This document shows, piece after piece, positions 61,224-64,000 of a DNA stretch of 64,000 nucleotides (its first letter is position 1; the number at the start of each line of letters is the position of its first letter). The notes below the pieces were generated by a model. That model was given only the letters and a program-made list of their open reading frames with translations, was not told the origin of the DNA and did no database searches. The DNA lies in contig NW_024055498.1 of NCBI RefSeq assembly GCF_902713615.1, forward strand, positions 4,644,554 through 4,708,553, given 5' to 3'. This stretch comes from Scyliorhinus canicula. Lineage: Eukaryota. The translations under genes were made by a program, and so were the position numbers.

Positions 61224-63532
61224 TTTTTTTCTGAAATGAAGGGAATCCTCAAAGCTATACACCTGAGCACTGGAACACATTAAAAGCGTCCATCATTTAT
61301 ACAGGGTGAAAGTCTCCAGAGCGTCAATTAAGTTACAACATGTGCCTTAGTTACAGTTCGATAAACAAACAAATTAGCTTACGATCCACGCCTCCCAGTT
61401 GCAACATTGGCAAGGTGGGTGGTTCCATATCTTTGTGGGCGAACTGCTGGTTGCCAATTCTGCGCTCCAACATGAAACAGTCCTGCCAAACCACGCCTTG
61501 GCGTCTCCATTGGTGGATTCCCTGATGGTATGTTCTGAGGTCCTATTGCTAACATTAGATCCGCTTGCCATTTCCACCGTGTTTCCAAATATTTCAGACT
61601 TTGAAGTGTCAGATTAGATCATATGTTTGGTTCATTGGGAAGTGTTTCAGTTTTAATGTTTCGTAAGCATCAAAAGATATATAACTGAGTAATTAATCAT
61701 GATTTAGCTGACATGGCTGGATATCTGACATGGAGGCCATGCAAATGCTGGGCCATATGAGAAGGGTACACATTATCCATTATGGTACGTTCAATGCTGA
61801 GCTGTAAAATGGCCGGTAGAAGAACAGCTTATGTGAATGAGGTGGGCAGTTGGTTGGCGCAGAGCTGAAACGATGGCCAAACTGAGGCGAATCGGAAATG
61901 TTAAGAACATAAGTAATAAATTAGGTGACATTGGGGCTCTGCGGCAAAATTGCAGGTTCAACTTTGTAATAGATTGACCACTGCGACGTTACGTTGTAAC
62001 TAAGAAAATGCAGGAGAATTGTTTATCAATGCTGATAACGCTAGTAAAAGATCTATACCCTAATCATGTGCTTGAGTTCTGCTTAAAATCTTAATTGAGA
62101 AACATTCAATTAATATTACTCTTTCAGAATATTTTTAAAGATTTGACGTGTCTTGATATTAGATAGAGCTGTAACCTGAATATTATTTGCATGTTTTCCC
62201 GGTTTCTGCGTGGCTCTCCTCCGGGTGCTCCTGTTTTTTGCACAGTCCAGAAATGTGCAGATTAGCTGGATTAGCCATGATCAATGCGCGAGGTTATGGT
62301 GATAAGGTGGGCGAGTGGACCGAGGTCTCGAGTTCTTTCGCAGGGTGGGTACGAACTCGATGGACTGAATGGTCTCCTTCTGCGATATCGGGATTATATG
62401 GATATTGACAGCATATTTGTGCTTGATCTGACATTGCTGACGATGACTTTAATGATCAGCATCATCGGCCTCTCTAGGAATACTACCGGCTGAAGAGACT
62501 TTTGTTTACATTAACAGTGCTATACAGTACACGTTTTTCGCGAGGTAGCTAAGTATAAACAATTTCATGCTATTTGTTGTTCGGCCTGTCAGGTTAGCGA
62601 AAATACATTCAAGAATAGCATTCAAAATCTGAAGAAAATTAGATAAACATTTAACGTGCAAACCTTGTGTATGAAGTAAAACACTGTGTGTGTGTATTCG
62701 TTATTCCCGGTGCACCAGATGAGATTTATTTCTTTGACTGGACATTCTGGCTCAGGGGCAACCAGTACGGAACTGCTCTGAGGTCGATTAAACCGACGAC
62801 CCCCTTTTTGTGGTGTATGACCAGTTCATGTCTGCGTGGCTTACAGTTAACAAACTGGTGTGAGTTAACCCGAAATCCTCAAGTTCGTTTTTAAAATTAT
62901 CTTCTCTCCTTTCCATACCTCTTTAGATTGTTGAGCAGGCCTATTTCTATCTTTCCCGGATATTGGCAATGTCAGGGGCGTGTCTACTGCTATAACTCGA
63001 TCCTCAGGCGCTGGACTCAGGGAATTGTCAGGTCTAAGGCCTTTGGATCAAAGGTTTTGAATTGAAATCTCACCAGCCCATTTAGAATGATGTTTAATCA
63101 TTTGCGGCAAAGTCAGCTCTGAAAGGAGCCAGACCGACACGAAACGTTAACTCTATTTATTTGTTCGCAGATTCCACCGGGCCAGCTGAGATTATCCAGC
63201 ATTTTTTGTTGTAAATACAATTGTAAAGTGAGATTCTACCATATCCCACCCTCAAAACATGCCGCTTACTAAACACATAAAAGCGGACCGACAGATTATT
63301 ACTGTGGGGGCAATGAGGGAGGCAGGCTTTATCAACAGAAACAACTGAAAATCCCTCACCAACCCGGTGGGCCACTGAACAACACACAAATGAGCTAGCT
63401 TCACGTCAGGCTTACAGACTCGACGGATGACATGAGACCGCAGGTTCCTTTATAAGCCTGTCACTTATTCACAGAACGCACACTCAGAGAGACACAGGGC
63501 ACCTTGTGACCCATCGGGAATACGCGGCACAC

Positions 63533-63546
63533 CGTCATTTGCAAAT
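63533..63546 (+). promoter_or_regulatory. Candidate promoter element: half-CRE overlapping a palindromic octamer-like site
   Basis: CGTCA + ATTTGCAAAT, about 120 bp upstream of the leader ATG. Confidence 0.4.
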
Positions 63547-63663
63547 CAGCACTGCCCCCTAAAGTATTTCAGTCCCGCTCTGAGGCCCACTCTCCCAGAG
63601 CAGTCCGAGTCTGCAATGTCCATCTCCCCGTCATATAGAGCATCAGCTCCAAGCAGCAGAACG

Positions 63664-63706
63664 ATGGAAATCCTCTTTGTTTTCATCCTTTGTGCCGTCT
63701 TACCCC
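63664..63706 (+). CDS. NAR-TCR-type V leader exon
   Basis: MEILFVFILCAVLP plus 1 nt; donor gtgagt. Confidence 0.85.
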
Positions 63707-63844
63707 GTGAGTACGATAAGACTATCCCATGTTCTGTGGATAAAGCTTCCCGAGTCCATCCCAATTACAGACACTGTCTCGGGTTTCAGCCCCGTTGTGG
63801 TTGGGCGCTGATGGTCCATTAAACTGTCTCTGTTTAATTTCCAG

Positions 63845-64000
63845 GATGTTTGAGTCAGTCAGTGACACAGAGCCCGTCAGCGGTTAACAGGGAGGACTGC
63901 CAGTCTCTTACCATAAACTGTGTTTTCAGTGCTGGTTACCGGGGTTATTTCAAATCTGGGAATTTCTTTCGACAATCTCGGACCGGGAGAAGTTGGTCGC
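63845..64000 (+). CDS. NAR-TCR-type V exon, 5' half (truncated by window end)
   Basis: RCLSQSVTQSPSAVNREDCQSLTINCVFSAGYRGYFKSGNFFRQSRTG: IgNAR-like SLTINCV, an extra FR1 Cys, and F in place of the canonical W. Not in the ORF track. Confidence 0.8.

Overview
Cartilaginous-fish (shark) genomic DNA from an antigen-receptor region. Species cannot be fixed from sequence alone. On the + strand the window holds one complete IgM heavy-chain cluster: leader and VH at 10.4-10.8 kb, a pre-joined D region that keeps a 12-RSS, an unjoined 23-RSS JH, Cmu1-4 with secretory tail, and TM1/TM2, ending at 35.5 kb. Downstream, in the same orientation, lie a leaderless IgH-like pseudo-V abutting a Gypsy LTR (41.6 kb), an intact TCR alpha/delta-type V with leader and 23-RSS (45.5 kb), and the first half of a NAR-TCR-type V (63.7 kb to the window edge). 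A two-exon GPR139-like GPCR lies on the - strand between the last two V genes. The rest is CR1/L2/Rex LINE fragments, Penelope-like elements with hammerhead motifs, tRNA-derived SINEs and tandem repeats. The most notable points are: a full IgM cluster apparently in cis with TCR-delta/NAR-TCR V genes; a VH with camelid-VHH-like framework-2 residues (F37, G47); a germline-joined VD-J configuration; and an AGCT-dense 29-bp array just upstream of Cmu1. The IgM-TCR linkage crosses a Gypsy element with mismatched LTRs, so an assembly artefact must be excluded. Repeat boundaries are eye estimates. Exon and RSS boundaries were read base by base.
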